Positions 43,385 through 59,310 of a stretch of 64,000 nucleotides of DNA are shown piece after piece. Numbering within the stretch: position 1 is the first letter of the stretch; each line of letters begins with the position of its first letter. This stretch comes from the human T2T-CHM13v2.0 reference genome, Homo sapiens. The notes below the pieces were generated by a model, which was given only the letters and a program-made list of their open reading frames with translations, did not search any database and had not been told where the DNA came from. The stretch lies in the NCBI RefSeq assembly GCF_009914755.1, contig NC_060928.1; one strand, given 5' to 3'. The position numbers were made by a program, and so were the translations under genes.

Positions 43385-43580
43385 GGAGGAGGAAGGGAAG
43401 GAAAAAAATAAGGAAGGGAAGGGAAAGGGAGGGGAGGGGAGGAGAGGGGAGGGAAGGGAAGGGAAGGGAAGGGAAGGGAAGGGAAGGGAAGGGAAGGGAA
43501 GGGGAGAAAGGAAGAGGAAGGGAAGAGAGAGAAAAGGAAGAAGAGAGAAAGGAAGAAAGAGTGGAAGCGTAGAAGAAGGG
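43385..43580. repeat. Polypurine (GGGAA)n / GA-rich tract
   Basis: gggaa repeated perfectly 43451-43500 within ~195 nt that is almost all purine. Confidence 0.95.
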
Positions 43581-44249
43581 AGTGCACTTTCCATCTCCTT
43601 ACTGTGGGATGATATTTTTGAGGGCACCATATCTGGCCTTTTTTGCAACCTCTTCGCTCTCATATGCCACATATAGTCAGAGATGGCAATAGTCAGAAAA
43701 CAGCATAGTAAAGGGTGAGGGTTTCATGGTGGTTCACTATAACCACAGAGGTACAGACCTCATATTAAAGTCATACTAAGATTATAAGAATCCTGATAGC
43801 ATTGCATACTATAGTTTATTGTGATTAATGTCATCCAGATAATCAATGTGTAATAAGACTAGCAGAAGTAGAACGCGACCTTTCAGTCCAGAAAACTACA
43901 TAGATGAAGATCTGCTAAACACTGATATTTGGGCCAAAAACTATTCATCCAGCTCAGCTCTGAAAGGGTATTTGATTAGCATTTAGGTGGATAGAGTGAA
44001 GCCAGAAGAAATTTCATACATCCTATTGCTTGGCAAACCATCAGATTTGGATAGATGTATCCAAAGTGATAAAATAGAAAAACACACAATAGATCAAATC
44101 TTCTTAAGAAAAATTGATCATCTTCCTAAAATTATGGTGATGCTGTAAATATTTACTGAATGTCTACATCAGAAAATCAGACAAACAAACATTATTGGCC
44201 TTGGAGTGCTTACATTCTAGTGGAAAATATAGAGAAAATATATAAAAAC

Positions 44250-44393
44250 ATGATAGAGATAGGAAGATAGAAAGATAGATGATAGGTAGATAGATGATTG
44301 ATAGATGTAGATAGATGGATAGAAAGATAAATGATAGAATGATACATGATAGAAAGGTAGGTAGATAGCAGATAGCAGAGAGATGATAGAAGG

Positions 44394-44437
<44 letters not shown>

Positions 44438-44515
44438 GGTAGGTAGATGGATAGAAATATAGATGATAGACATAAAGAAAGATAGATCAATGTAGATAGA
44501 TACATAGATAGATTT
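44250..44515. repeat. Compound (GATA/TAGA)n tetranucleotide STR
   Basis: About 10 perfect gata units at 44396-44436 within a degenerate array. Confidence 0.95.
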
Positions 44516-44947
44516 GATGCTATATAGGAACTGATGAGAACTCTATTTAACTGAATAAGGAACATTGTCAATGCAGCAGACAGGGAAACATTTACAATTT
44601 AGAAGGCATGGTGAGGGTAGGCTTCACTATGTAATGTTAGAGCAAAGAATTTAATGTGGTAAGAGAGTGAGGCCATGTATATGTCTCAGGGACGATCTTA
44701 GAAGGAGAAGAAACAGCAAGAGCCATGGTCCTCAGACTGGAATGTGCCTGGGGTGTTCATGAAGCAGGTAGCAGGCCATATGGGAAAGAGGAAGAAGTGA
44801 GTTTTACAAGCTGGTAAGATATCATATTCTACAGGATCTCATAGACTGTGACAAGGACATCTTTTCCTCTAAAGAAAAGATCTGACCTATGAAAATTGTT
44901 TTCTATATGCAGCAAAAAAAAAAAGTTGTTTTGAAAAAATACTTATA

Positions 44948-47900
44948 TGCCCTCTCTCACCACTCTTATTCAATACAGTATTGAAAGTTCTGGCCAGGGC
45001 AATCAGGCAAGAAAAAGAAATAAAGGATATTCAAAGAGGAAGAGAGGAACTCAAATTGTCTTTGTTTGCAGATGACATGATCCTATATCTAGAAAACCCC
45101 ATCATCTCAACCCAAAAGCTTCTGAGAAGCAACTTCAGCAAAATCTCAGCATACAAAATCAATGTGCAAAAATCACAGGCATTTTACTACAAACCAACAA
45201 CAGACAAGCGGAGAGCCAAATCACAAATGAACTCCCCTTCACAATTGCTACAAAGAGAATATAATACCTAGGAATACAGCTAATAAGGGAAGTGAAGGAC
45301 CTTTTCAAGGAGAACTACAAACCACTGCTCAAGGATATCAGAGAGGACACAAACAAATGAAAAAACATTTCATGCTCATGGACAGAAAGAATCAATATTG
45401 TGAAAATGGCCATACTGCCCAGAGTAATTTATAGATTCAGTGCTATTCCCATTAAACTACCAGTGACTTTCTACACAGATTTAGAAAAAAACTATTTTAA
45501 AATTCATAGTGGAACCAAAAAAGAGCCCATACAGCCAAGACAATCCTAAGCAAAAAGAACAAGCTGGAGGCATCATGCTACCCAACTTCTACCTTTAACA
45601 CAAGGCTACAGTAACCAAAACAGACACACAGACCATTGGAACAGAATAGAGAACTCAGAAACAAGACTATACATTTACAACCATCTGATCTTCAACAAAA
45701 ACAAGCAATGGGGAAAGGGTTTCCTATTTAATAAATGGTAATAGAAGACCTGGATAGCCATGTGCAGAAAATGGAACTGGATCCTATCCTTACACCTTAT
45801 ACAAAAATTAACTCAAGGTGGATTAAAGACTTAAGGTACACCCCAAAATTATAAAAATTCTAGAAGATAACCTAGGCAATACTATTCAGGACATCGGCAT
45901 GGGCAATATTTCATAATTGATGTGGTTTGGCTGTGTACCCACCCAAATCTCATCTTGAATTGAAACTCTCACAATTCCCGCATGTCATAGAAGGAACCCA
46001 GTGGGAGGTAATTGAATCATGGGGGCAGATCTTGCCCATGCAGTTCTCCTAATAGTGAATATGTCTTATGAAATCTGATGGTTTTAAAAAGAGGAATTCC
46101 CCTGCACAAGCTTGTTCTCTCTTTGCCTGCTGCCATCCATTGTAAGACATGACTTGCTCCTCCTTGCATTCTGCCATGATTATGAGACCTCCTCAGCCAT
46201 GTGGAACTGTAAGTCCATTAAAACTCTTTCTTTTGTAAATTTCCCACTCTTGGGTATGTCTTTATCAGCAGCATGAAAACAGACTAATACAGTAAGTTGG
46301 TACCAGTAGAGTGGGGTGCTGCTGAAAAGATACCTGAAAATGTGGAAGTGACTTTGGAATTGGGTACTAGGCAGAAATTGGAACAGTTTGGAGGGCTCAG
46401 AAGCAGACAGGAACATGTGGGAAAGTTTGGAACTCCCTAAAGACTTCTTGAATGGCTTTGACCAAAATGCTGATAATGATATGGACAATGAAATTCAGGC
46501 TGAGGTGGTCTCAGATGGAGATGAGGAACTTGTTGGGAACTGGAGCAAAGGTGACTTTCGTTATGTTTTAGCAAAAAGACGGGCAGCATTTTGCCTCTGC
46601 CTGAGAGATTTATGGAACTTCGAACTTGAGAGAGATGATTTAGGGTATCTTGCAGAAGAAATTTCTAAGCAGCAAAGCATTCAAGAGGTGCCATGGGTGC
46701 TGTTAAAGGCATTCCGTTTTATAAGGGAAGCAGAGCATAAAAGTTCAGAAAATTTGCAGGCTGACAATGGGATAGAAATGAAAATCCCATTTTCTGAGGA
46801 GAAATTCAAGCTGGCTGCATAAATTTGCATAGGTAATAGGGAGCCAAACATTAATCACCAAGACAATGGGATGTCTCCAGGGCATGTCAGAGACCTTTGT
46901 GGCAGCCCCTTTCATCACAGGCCCAGAGATTTAGGAAAAAAAACTGGTTTCCTGGGCCAGGCCCAGGGTTCGTCTGCTGTGTAAAGTCTAGGAACCTGGT
47001 GCCTTGCATCCCAGCTGCTCCCGCTATGACTAAAAGGGGACAAGGTACAGCTCAGGCTATTGTTTCAGAGGGTGGAAGCCCCAAGCCTTGGCAGCTTACA
47101 CGTGGTGTTGAGCATGACAGTGCACAGAAGTCAAGAACTGAGGTATGGGAACCTCTGCCTCAATTTCAGAGGATGTATGAAACTTCCCGGATGTCCAGGC
47201 AGAAGTTTGCTGCAGAGATGGGGCCCTCATGGAGAACCTCTGCTAGGGCAGTGCAAAGGGAAAATATGGGGTTGGAGAACCTGCACAGAGTCCCTCCTGG
47301 GGCACTGCCTATTGGAGCTGTGAGAAGAGGACCCCCACCCTCCAGACCCCAGAATGACACATCCACTGACAGCTTGCGCTGTGTGCCCGGAAAAGCCACA
47401 GACACTCAATGCCAGCCTATGAAGGCAGCCAGGAGGGGCACTATACCCTGCAAAGCCATTGAAGTGAAGCTGCCCAAGGCCATGGGAGCCCACCTCTTGC
47501 ATCAGTGTGACCTGGATGTGAGACATGGAGTCAAAGGATATCATTTTTGAGCTTTAAGATTTGACTTTCCCACTGGATTTTGGACTTGCATGGGGCCTGT
47601 GGTGCCTTTGATTTGGCAAATTTCTCCCATTTGGAATGGCTGTATGTACCCAATGCCTGTACCCCCACTATATCTAGGAAGTAACTAACTTGCTTTTGAT
47701 TTTACTAGCTCATAGGTAAAAGGGACTTGCCTTGTCTCAGATGAGACTTTGGACTGTGGAGTTTTGAGTTAATGCTGAAATGAGTTAAGACTCTGGGAGA
47801 CTGTTAGAAAGGCATGATTGGTTTTGAAATGTGAGGATATGAGATTTGGGAGGGACCAGGAGTGGAATTATATGATTTGGCTGTGTCCCCACCCAAATCC

Positions 47901-49310
47901 CATCTTGAATTGTAACTCCCACAATTCCCATGGGTTGTGAGAGGAAACTGGTGTGAGGTAATTGAAACATGGGGGCGGGTCTTTCCCATGCTGTTCTCAT
48001 GATAACGAATAAGTATTATGAGATCTGATGCTTTTAAAAAGAGGAGTTCCCTTGCACAAGCTCTCTCTCTCTTTGCCTGCTGCCATCCATTGTAAAACAT
48101 GACTTGCTCCTCCTTGCCTTCTGCCATGATTGTGAGGCCTCCCCAACCATGTGGAACTGTAAGTCCATTAAACCTCTTTCTTTTGTAAATTGCCCAGTCT
48201 TGGGTATGTCTTTATCAGCAGCATGAACATGGAATAATACAATGATGAAAATGCCCAAAGCAATTGCAACAAAAGCAAACACTGATAAATGGGATCTAAT
48301 TAAACTAAAGAGCTTCTGCACAGCAAAAGAAATGATCATCAGAGAAAACAAACAACCTACAGAATGGGAGAAAATTATCCATCCAACAAATGTCTAATAT
48401 CCAGAGTCTACAAGGAACTTAAACAAATTTATAAGAAAAAAACAAACAACCCATTAAATAGTGGGCAAAGGACATGAAAGGACACTTCTCAAAAAAAGAC
48501 ATACATGCAGCCAACATATGAAAAAAACTCAACATCACCACTCATTAGAGAAATTCAAATCAAAACCACAATGAGATACCATCTCGCACTAATCAGAATG
48601 GCAATTATTAAAAAGTCAAGAAACAACAGATGCTGGTGAGGTTGCAGAGAAACAGGAATGCTTTTACACTGTTGCTGGGAGTGTAAATCAGTCCAACCGC
48701 ATTGTGGAAGAGAGTGTGGAGATTCCTCAAAGAACTAGAGGTAGAAATACCACTTGACCCAGCAATTCCATTGCTGGGTATATGCCTAAAGAAATATAAA
48801 TCATTCCATTATAAAGATATATGCATGTGTATGTTCACTGCAACACTATTCACAATAGCAAAACATGGAATCACTCCAAATGCCCATTAACAATAGACTG
48901 GATAAAGAAAGTGTGGTACATATACACCATGGAATACTATGCAGCTATAAAAAGGAATGAGATCATGTGCTTTGTTGGGACATGGATGGAGCTGGAAGCC
49001 ATCATCCTCAGAAAACAAATGCAGAAACAGAAAACAAAACACCACATGTTCTCACTTATAAGTGGGAGGTGAACTATGAGAACACATGGACCCAGGGAGG
49101 GGAACAACACATACCAGGGCCTGTTGGGGCAGGGAGAGGAAGAGCATCAGGAAAAATAACTAATGCATGCTACGCTTAACACTTTGGTGATGGGTTGATA
49201 GGTGCAGCAAACCACCATGGCACATGTTTACATAACAAACCTGCACATCCTGCACATGTGCCTCAGAACTTAAAATAAAATAATATAAGAAGATGGAAAA
49301 AAAGAAAAAA
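44948..49310 (+). mobile_element. 5'-truncated older L1PA (ORF2 RT/C-terminus and 3' UTR) interrupted by THE1
   Basis: [15 protein letters not shown] (RT FADD motif) at ~45060; 3' end cagaacttaaaataaaa plus A-rich tail. Confidence 0.9.
45918..48241 (+). mobile_element. Full-length THE1B-like MaLR provirus: LTR 45918-46291, internal region, LTR 47868-48241
   Basis: LTR termini tgatgtgg...aataca; THE1-int ORF remnants 46388-47550; TSD ataat/atgat. Confidence 0.93.
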
Positions 49311-49467
49311 TTATTTGTCATACTTAATGGGTGCCAAATGATATGACTTCTTTGAGACAAGGCACTGGCACTACAGCCTATGGTATAGAGACAATATAAA
49401 TTGACATTTAAAAAGTACATTATTATGATATAAAAGAGTGATGGATGGAGTAGTAAAGAATTTCAGG

Positions 49468-49897
<430 letters not shown>

Positions 49898-50051
49898 TCA
49901 TAAAAAAAAATAGCAATGAAAAACAGAAAAGTGGGTTTCAATTTAAAAATTATAACTTTTCCTGAAAAAACAACAGAACAATTAACAGAAGCAAATAACA
50001 AAGATACAATTCAAGGATCTCTTCTTCATTTAAAAAATACCTGAGCATTGC

Positions 50052-50143
50052 ATAGCAATATGAATGTACTTAACACTACTGAACTGTACACTTAAAATGG
50101 TTAAGATGGTAAATTTTATATGCATTTCACCGCAATAAATAAA
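50052..50143 (+). mobile_element. Very short 5'-truncated L1M(A/B) 3' end
   Basis: actgaactgtacacttaaaatggttaagatggtaaatttt...caataaa; TSD acctgagcat. Confidence 0.75.
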
Positions 50144-51440
50144 AACCTGAGCATGAAGATTGAAAGGTCTCATATAATAACTAAAACATCAATTTTTAAA
50201 GGATCCATAAAATAGAAAATCATAGGAAATAAAACATTTGAAATAGAATAAAGAAAAAGATTCATATAATTGCATAAACAGAAAAAAATATCAAGTTAAC
50301 TGCAAGAAAACAGAAACTGCCATGGCTCCTCTATGTAAAACATTAAATGCCAGAAGGCAACGGAAACAATCTTAGTTTGATTTGATGAATGAAGATAATA
50401 ATATTCTAAGAATGTTATGCCCACTTTTAAGAGTCCCATATGTGAGAAGTTTACATGTGGGTCTTCCCAAATATGCAAAGCAAAGAAAATGAACCACCCT
50501 GATAACCATTTAAAAAAATAAGAAACCTTATTAGAAGATGTACTCCTCTTTATAGAGAGGTAAAAATGAAGAACTCAAGAATGGGGAAATTTTGGTCTTA
50601 AAAATGATGTATGACTGCTCTGTAGGATCAGCCAACTCATCAAAAGAATCCTAGAAGAATCCCCCCTTCAGAAAACAGTATCTGATTTAACTGGGCATGT
50701 TAATCACTATACAAAAACAGAAAGAACAGGTATCATTAACAATGCATCTCCATAAAGATGAGAATCAAATTATGTAATTATGAATTGTAAGTCTGTCATT
50801 GAGGGATTGGATACAAAATTTTTATCTGGGCAACACACATCAGGACACATTTACAACCATATTTTGAAGTTCAGTTACATACAACGATATCAGTGTTTAA
50901 AAATCAAATGCACACCCATGCCTAGAAAACTGGCTGAAAAAAAAAATGATAATGTGAATGTCTTTGGGGAGTGGAACAGGGGCACTTTTTCCTTATTTCA
51001 ACGTTCTACATTTCCCACATACTCCTAAGTTTGAGTTACTTTTTTTATGAAACACTTAAACCTTTTTGTTACAAAATCATAAAAATAAATATTTTTTTCT
51101 TTCTAAATGGTAGAAAGGAGTCTATTAGTCACCTAGAGCTTTTTAAATCCATAGCCAGCACTTAACTATTATAGGACACTGCATTTCACACCTGAAAATA
51201 GTAATCCTGGGTAATTTTCAGTGCCCATCCAGCCACAAATTCCATGTCTGATGGTGGAAACAAACAAAACTGTTATTCTCCCTAGCTACCCCCAATTCTA
51301 TACGATTCAAGACATTACAAAACATTAAAAGACTGATGAAACTCAAGGGTGATTGCTACAGACTTCTAAAAGAACAGCAGACCTGACTAAAGTCAGGCCA
51401 GTGATGAAGACTGAACCTCAGGCAGTGTCCAGCACGGTAC

Positions 51441-51641
51441 CTTTGCCTTGGCATCCTCTGGGTCATCTCCCTTGGAAGCCAGCAGCATGAGTCGCAGGAC
51501 CAGGGTTATGCTGAGAGGGAAGTGTCCTCTCAGCTCAGGAACATTGGATTTTATGAGTTTTCCTATTTTGGGGAATGGAATATCAAAGAAATATACATCT
51601 CCCATCAGGTCTTGACCTCTTCTTCCAGCACGGCCAGACAT
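51441..51641 (-). CDS. DDX60: DDX60 coding exon (MSGRAGRRGQDLMGDVYFFDIPFPK...GDDPEDAKAK), helicase motif VI
   Basis: cag| acceptor, AAG|gtaccg donor, 201 nt, phase 0-0; Q-MSGRAGRRG motif VI. Confidence 0.97.
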
Positions 51642-53210
51642 CTGAAAAGAGAATAGAATTACAATGTAAAACTTCCCTAAATGCTTCTACTGCCATAGTG
51701 TAAGAATGAGCCCTTTACTCTGGTTTGGAGCATGGAAATTGTGCATATGTCTAACCATTAAGGAACGGACACTAACATGCAACTACATAGTGCTTAGGAA
51801 ATTTGCCATGACTGAGATAGATCTAAAAACTGAGACATCTGTCATCATTACGTACGTATTTCATGCCATTAATTGCAGTAGGCATTTGTGTAATATATAT
51901 CAAAGAAATAATGATCTATTGAAGAAACAAAGAACACTGGCAAAGCAGTGATGTCAAAATCACTTACAGCTGAACTCTAATATACCAATTTTCTCTCCCG
52001 GCCCATCTTCCCCATCTCTCATCCCTTTTCTACCCTCTCTCACACACAAGTGTGTTGAGTTACAAATCACAAAATAAAATATGGGCACAAACAGAATAAA
52101 TACATGAGTGAAATAAAATTCAGAAATGCTACTTGTGAAAAAGCAAGTTATGAATAAACTCTTTACAGAGCTTATGTTAACTCTTATTTATTAAGTGCTT
52201 AGACTATGGTAAGGCACTGGGAATGTAAGAGACGTACCCATACTGAAACAACCACAGAGTGGAAGATCTAGAACTCAAACCCTGACATTTCAATTCCCAA
52301 GTCCGTCATCCCACATATCAAACACCCTAGCTCAAGAGCCCAAAGGAGAAGATTCCCAAAAATGAGTCAGAAGAATTGATTCAGAGTATGGCAGCAGCAA
52401 TAGAAATAAAAAGCAGGGGTTGTTAACATGCTGGGAAATGATATAAGAATGTTATATTGGGTAGGAACAAGGCCTATAAGGAGAACAAAAAGTGTTTAGA
52501 GATAAAGGGAGGGAAGCGCGTTGATAAAAACCTGCATGTGGGTGACATATCTAAATTTGATTCTGCGAGCAGAAATAATTATCAAATGTCTCTGAGCAGG
52601 GAGGTCGTATGAAGATAAACCACGTTGTCTGCAGGACGTGGTAGAATAAGGAGAATGGAGAATCAGGGGAATTGTACTAATAATACAAGGCTAAGAACGT
52701 ACGATGAAAGATGGTGGATACAGAAATTGCAAGGCAAAAATCAAATACCTCTATGGGACAGTAATGAAGTGGGCTTGGTAACAGATTTGGTGTCAGGAGT
52801 AAAGATGAGGTCAGCATTAAAGATAATTCTAGAGTGCAAAATCTTGTGCACAGCAAATGAATGAGTAAATGCTTATCAAGCACCTTTGATGTCTATCTTC
52901 CATACAAATCACTTATTTAATTCTTGCAAATGCCGTGGGAGAGTAATTATTACCCATATTTTGGAGATAGAAAATGAGAATCAGGCAGTTCAGATATCTC
53001 ATCCGAGGTCACACATCTGGTTAATCACACAATCCCAAATGCAGGTGCTTTCAACTATACCACAACTAAAACTGAAAGCCAGGCAAGGATGAATGTCCAG
53101 TTATGCTACTGTGAATTGTGGCATGTTTGTAAACTAAAGGTTCACATGTTTTACTACGCTATGGCCATATTTCAGCAATACAATAAGCAAGTTTATGCAT
53201 TTTGCAATAC

Positions 53211-53315
53211 CTGTCTATAATTCAACGCATCCAGATAGACTGAGTTTTGAGCAAAAACCACAGATTTACAAGGCATGTTGACACCTAAAGCAAGTGTTCC
53301 AGTAGCTGTCACCAC
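53211..53315 (-). CDS. DDX60: DDX60 coding exon (VVTATGTLALGVNMPCKSVVFAQNSVYLDALNYRQ), helicase motif V
   Basis: tcaag| acceptor, CAG|gtattg donor, 105 nt, phase 0-0; ATGTLALGVNMP motif. Confidence 0.96.
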
Positions 53316-53773
53316 CTTGAAAGAGAATAAAACAATTACTTCATAAAATAGCATTTTAATAGAATGCAAGTATTTCCTGTCATAAAGTTGCTGAAAAACT
53401 CTTTGAGCTTCAATTAAGCCACAATGGGAAAGCTAGAGAAACTAGACACATTGGTACTCTTGCTATTTCACAAACACCACAAGTACATTCCCAAATGCGC
53501 TGTTTGCTTTGCACAGAATATTCTTCCCCAAATATTCGTTTCTCTGGCTTCTTCAGCTGTCTACTCAAATGTCACAGAGGAATCTGTAGCTCACCACATC
53601 CAAAATAACCACCCCTACCATCATTATCTATCTCTGTCTCACATGATTTATCTTCATAGCATTAATGACTACCTCAATAATATTACTTGTTTGTTCACTT
53701 GTCTTATACCAGACTCCAAGCAAGATTCATTATTGTATCCACAGCATCCGTAAGAGTACCTGACAACTGATAG

Positions 53774-54081
<308 letters not shown>

Positions 54082-55282
54082 CCAGTAAATATTTTTAAAT
54101 GAATAACTAGAAAGAAAATTTTTTATGATAGGGCAATAATACTTTTACAAATCCACTTTTGGACAATTACCTATTTTGTCTACTAAAATTTGTTGAGATT
54201 ATGCCTATGGAAAAAGCATACCTCAGTAATTTTAAAAAGTTGTCTTTCCCCCCTAAATTGTCATAACTGAGCAGAAAAGGAGCAGGACAAACTTAAAAGT
54301 TTACTTAGATAATCCTCTTTTCATATAATGCTGGGTATTTCTAATCATCTTCTCTTTCTTTTTATATTGATTGTCATACATGCCAATGGTTAGTATTAAT
54401 GTTTAAGTATACGGAGTGATTTTCTGTAATTATTCTGTAACTGAAATCTATATATCTGCGAAAATGCAACACATCATTTATTACCTGTTTTTCTCAAGTT
54501 TTTTGATAAGAACAAAAATGTAGAAAATAATAATACATTTAGAAAATAACTAGAATAAATACCTTTTTAAAAAATGTTCTCTATAGCAAAGCTGTCACTA
54601 TTTTCATAGTACCTTTTGTGGAGTGATCTCATTAACCTATTAGTAATTGAGCAACTACTATTTAACAGGTACTATTTTAAACACAGAATACCCTGATCAA
54701 AATAGGTGTTTCTCTCTTCTATCAATTCATAAGCATGTAGAAAATATTGTACGTGGTTATTAGCCTTTAAAAGAGATACATAATTTGTTATTAGTTAAGA
54801 GAAAAGCATAGCAAAGTTGCAAATGCTACATCTTATTTTTTTTTTCAGGGAATAGGATTTTTAACTATGATGTCAGATTTTCCTCAACATTTAGTTTAAA
54901 AGATGCTACCTAGAGTAGCAGAAACAATCTCAATCTCTTTGTCTTTCTTCCTCTCTCTCTTTTGTGAATGTAATATATGTCATACAAAATTCAATGTGAA
55001 TAATTTTTAAAAGTCAGTCTATTTTTGAATATTACTAAAGATCCAAATTTACAAGCAAACCATATAAAGCTCCTTCATGAATTTATCCAGAAAATCCCTG
55101 CGCACTGTCATGGGACACACTACACAAAACATAGCAAGACTTCAGTTTGAAAGTTATTTTAGTATTCCTTTTGTTCATTATCACTGATAGGAGAGAGAAC
55201 ATAGATATATTTCATGGTAGAAAAATTTGCCAAAGTATTTATTTAGGAAATATTTTTATTCTCATGAAAAAGAGATAAACTA

Positions 55283-55480
55283 GGCCTTGTGCAGTGGCTA
55301 ACACCTATAATCCCAGCACTTTGGGAGGCTGAGGCAGGCGGATCACCTAAGGTCAGGAGTTCGAGACCAGCCTGACCAGCATGGAGAAACCCCATCTCTA
55401 CTAAAAATACAAAATTAGCTGGGCATGGTGGCACATGCCTGTAATCCCAGCTACTCAGGAGGTTCAACAACAAACAAACA
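55283..55480 (+). mobile_element. AluSp-like, distal right arm missing
   Basis: cctgaccagcatggagaaacccc; stops after ctactcaggaggtt; TSD aaaaagagataaact. Confidence 0.9.
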
Positions 55481-55548
55481 AAAAGAGATAAACTGAGTAG
55501 TACATTTCAATCCCCTTTTCAATTAAATAAGACAGAGGATATCATGAC

Positions 55549-55846
<298 letters not shown>

Positions 55847-55975
55847 AACTTATTTTTTTAAAAGACAATTACATGAGAAAAAAAGAAAAATGGTGGTTGT
55901 ATTCTTTACTTTTCCTGAACATTCAGCTTGAAACAGTCACAATTTCAATTTTTAGAATGAAGAAAATTCACCTAC

Positions 55976-56128
55976 CCTAAGATATCCTTTTCTAAAGAGG
56001 ATTTCAACTAATTGTTTTTCTTTGAAACTCATAGCACTGTGATGATATCCAATACCCCTTTCTGCCAAGGCTTTCAATTCTTCACCTTTTCTTTCAAATT
56101 TTACTCGACCAAATACCTTCTGCAAAGT
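55976..56128 (-). CDS. DDX60: DDX60 coding exon (TLQKVFGRVKFERKGEELKALAERGIGYHHSAMSFKEKQLVEILFRKGYLR), helicase C-terminal domain
   Basis: ttag| acceptor, AGG|gtaggt donor, 153 nt, phase 0-0; Ski2-like RGIGYHHS motif; translated by hand (not in ORF track). Confidence 0.96.
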
Positions 56129-57530
56129 CTAAAAGAAGCAAGACATTTAGGGATTATGATTTAATTTTAATTATAATTAAAAATGTCTAAATGAAAATAA
56201 CATGCATACTATGTAATAATTTGGCTAAACAGGCAACTATTTGAAACTGACTCTACATGAATACAAAGAACATTATGGCAGCAACAGTAACTACAAGAAA
56301 AATCTTCCCACTTCTTTGGACAGACCATCTTAAACTGTCTTACTCCACTTCTGGGGCAGAAAATTTTGACAAAGTAGCAGATAAAACACCAAGTGGTGGT
56401 GAGTGCATGACTGCTCTTGCCTGAGGGATATCAGTTGGCTATTGGAGCCTCAGGAGTTTTCCCCAACAGGGAGAATTCTCCAAGAAGGCAGAGGAGGTTC
56501 CTTACCCTATGTGGTCCGGGAATGCCTACTTCCCATTGAAACTGAGCACAAATGGACTTAAAAATATCCAGGTCTTAAAGAAGAAATACGGTTGTGTCCA
56601 GAGATACATGGACAAAGATGAACACTGCTTATGAAGGAAGAGCGACAAAAAAACGCTTCCAAAAGCAAAAGGCTGGTTAGTGGTTACTTCAATTATGTAT
56701 TCACTCACACAACAGAATATCAAGTATTCATTAAAATGATGATCGAAATACATGGTTATAAAAAATAAGACACCATGAAGCTTACAAAAGAAGGTGCACA
56801 ATAGAATGATACATATATGTGTACACACATACGCAAAATGTATGTAAGTTTGTATGTGTATAGTCACAGGAAAATGAGATAAAAGGTTGGTCTGGAAGGG
56901 CAGTGAGTACTATGAGTGATGACATTGATTTTATTATTACTATATTTATATCTTCAAATTTGTCTACTATAAGCATGAGTAATTTGCATTTTAAAAGGTT
57001 TCTGCATACCAGTTTTAGCTATTCCAATGCCTCTTTGGTGTTTTAGCTATAATGTAAAAAGCCCCTGATTTTGAGAAATTCTGTGAATATTACTTAAAGT
57101 GTATTGGACCACATGCACCCAAATTTTCAAATGCAGCATGTGAAATTGAAGTCTAGAATTCAGGCTGTGGAAACAATGTAATAGAAACAAATAACGAAAC
57201 GGCAAACATTTTCAGAGGTGAACTGTTAACAGGCAAGAAATAATCTACAATTGCTAAATCTGTTGCACAGGTATCTCAGTGTGTGCTACTAGGGAATTTG
57301 ACCTAGGAGACTCCTCCATGAACCCTGGCTTAGACTATTATGTCCTTTTTAGATATGCACTGCAGAGCATTCAAGAGTGATATGTAGCTAAAGGAGAGTT
57401 CTCTTTTGGTAGGGATTGTATTAATTATGTATTATATTATGCATATATCTTATTAAGCATTATCTACAACTAACAAGCTATGGCTGACAAATGAAATAGT
57501 TTGGAGAACGATCAGGTTGTAAGTGCTGAC

Positions 57531-57678
57531 CTCAGTGTCCACTGCTTTTTGATCAGCATATGTGCAGTCCTGTGGGATTTCCAGGTTCTTCTCTAGACAC
57601 TTCACTAGATTATCATGTTCAGCTTCATGTATTAGGCTTTGATCCACATTTCTGGTTTTTTTCTGGCTCTTTTCATCT
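57531..57678 (-). CDS. DDX60: DDX60 coding exon (DEKSQKKTRNVDQSLIHEAEHDNLVKCLEKNLEIPQDCTYADQKAVDTE)
   Basis: gaacag| acceptor, GAG|gtcagc donor, 148 nt, phase 2-0. Confidence 0.93.
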
Positions 57679-57737
57679 CTGTTCATAAAAATAAAATTTT
57701 AATTAATGAAATTGTAAATAATGAATGAAGTAATTAA

Positions 57738-58816
<1,079 letters not shown>

Positions 58817-59049
58817 CTCCTCCGTAAACCCTGGCTTAGACTATTGTATCATCATACTGTGTTGTCCATCCATCACCCCTCAATGTAACATGCACCCAAG
58901 TCACTTATCACTTATTTGATTTTTTAAATTTTTCTCTTAGCTGTGCACGGAAGACAATTCTAAATATGAGAAGATGTGCTCACTTGTATGTCATCATTAC
59001 GTGTTAAGTAACGTTACCTTTAACTCAGGGGAGAACGCTCTGACTATGG

Positions 59050-59310
59050 AAGGGCCTGGCCCTAAAATTTGCAGAGCATGTGGCAAAGCTCCACATATTA
59101 TTGCCTCACTGTAAGTTTTTAGTCAAGGTAATAAACCGTCAAATAAAATAAATTCTATCCACCTACCTTGACAAATATAGCTCCATAATAACCTGGAATT
59201 CAAGGGTGAGAATGAGCTCCGGGTGGGCATGTCTCCTTAGCTCCACTGGCCCCTTGCTTTATGGGAATGGATGCAGATGGAAGAGGCCAGAGTGGGACTA
59301 TCTAAAGGGT
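59050..59310. mobile_element. MER45-like hAT DNA transposon fragment
   Basis: aaataaaataaattctatccacctaccttgacaaatatagctccataataacctgga. Confidence 0.55.

Noticed and set aside
43366-44571. Low-complexity ORFs (PFPSL and SIYL repeats)
   Set aside because: Translations of (GGGAA)n and (GATA)n microsatellites
51393-51440. Read-through extension VPCWTLPEVQSSSLA* after the motif VI exon as a truncated isoform
   Set aside because: Just open intron sequence past a valid GT donor; no supporting evidence in the sequence
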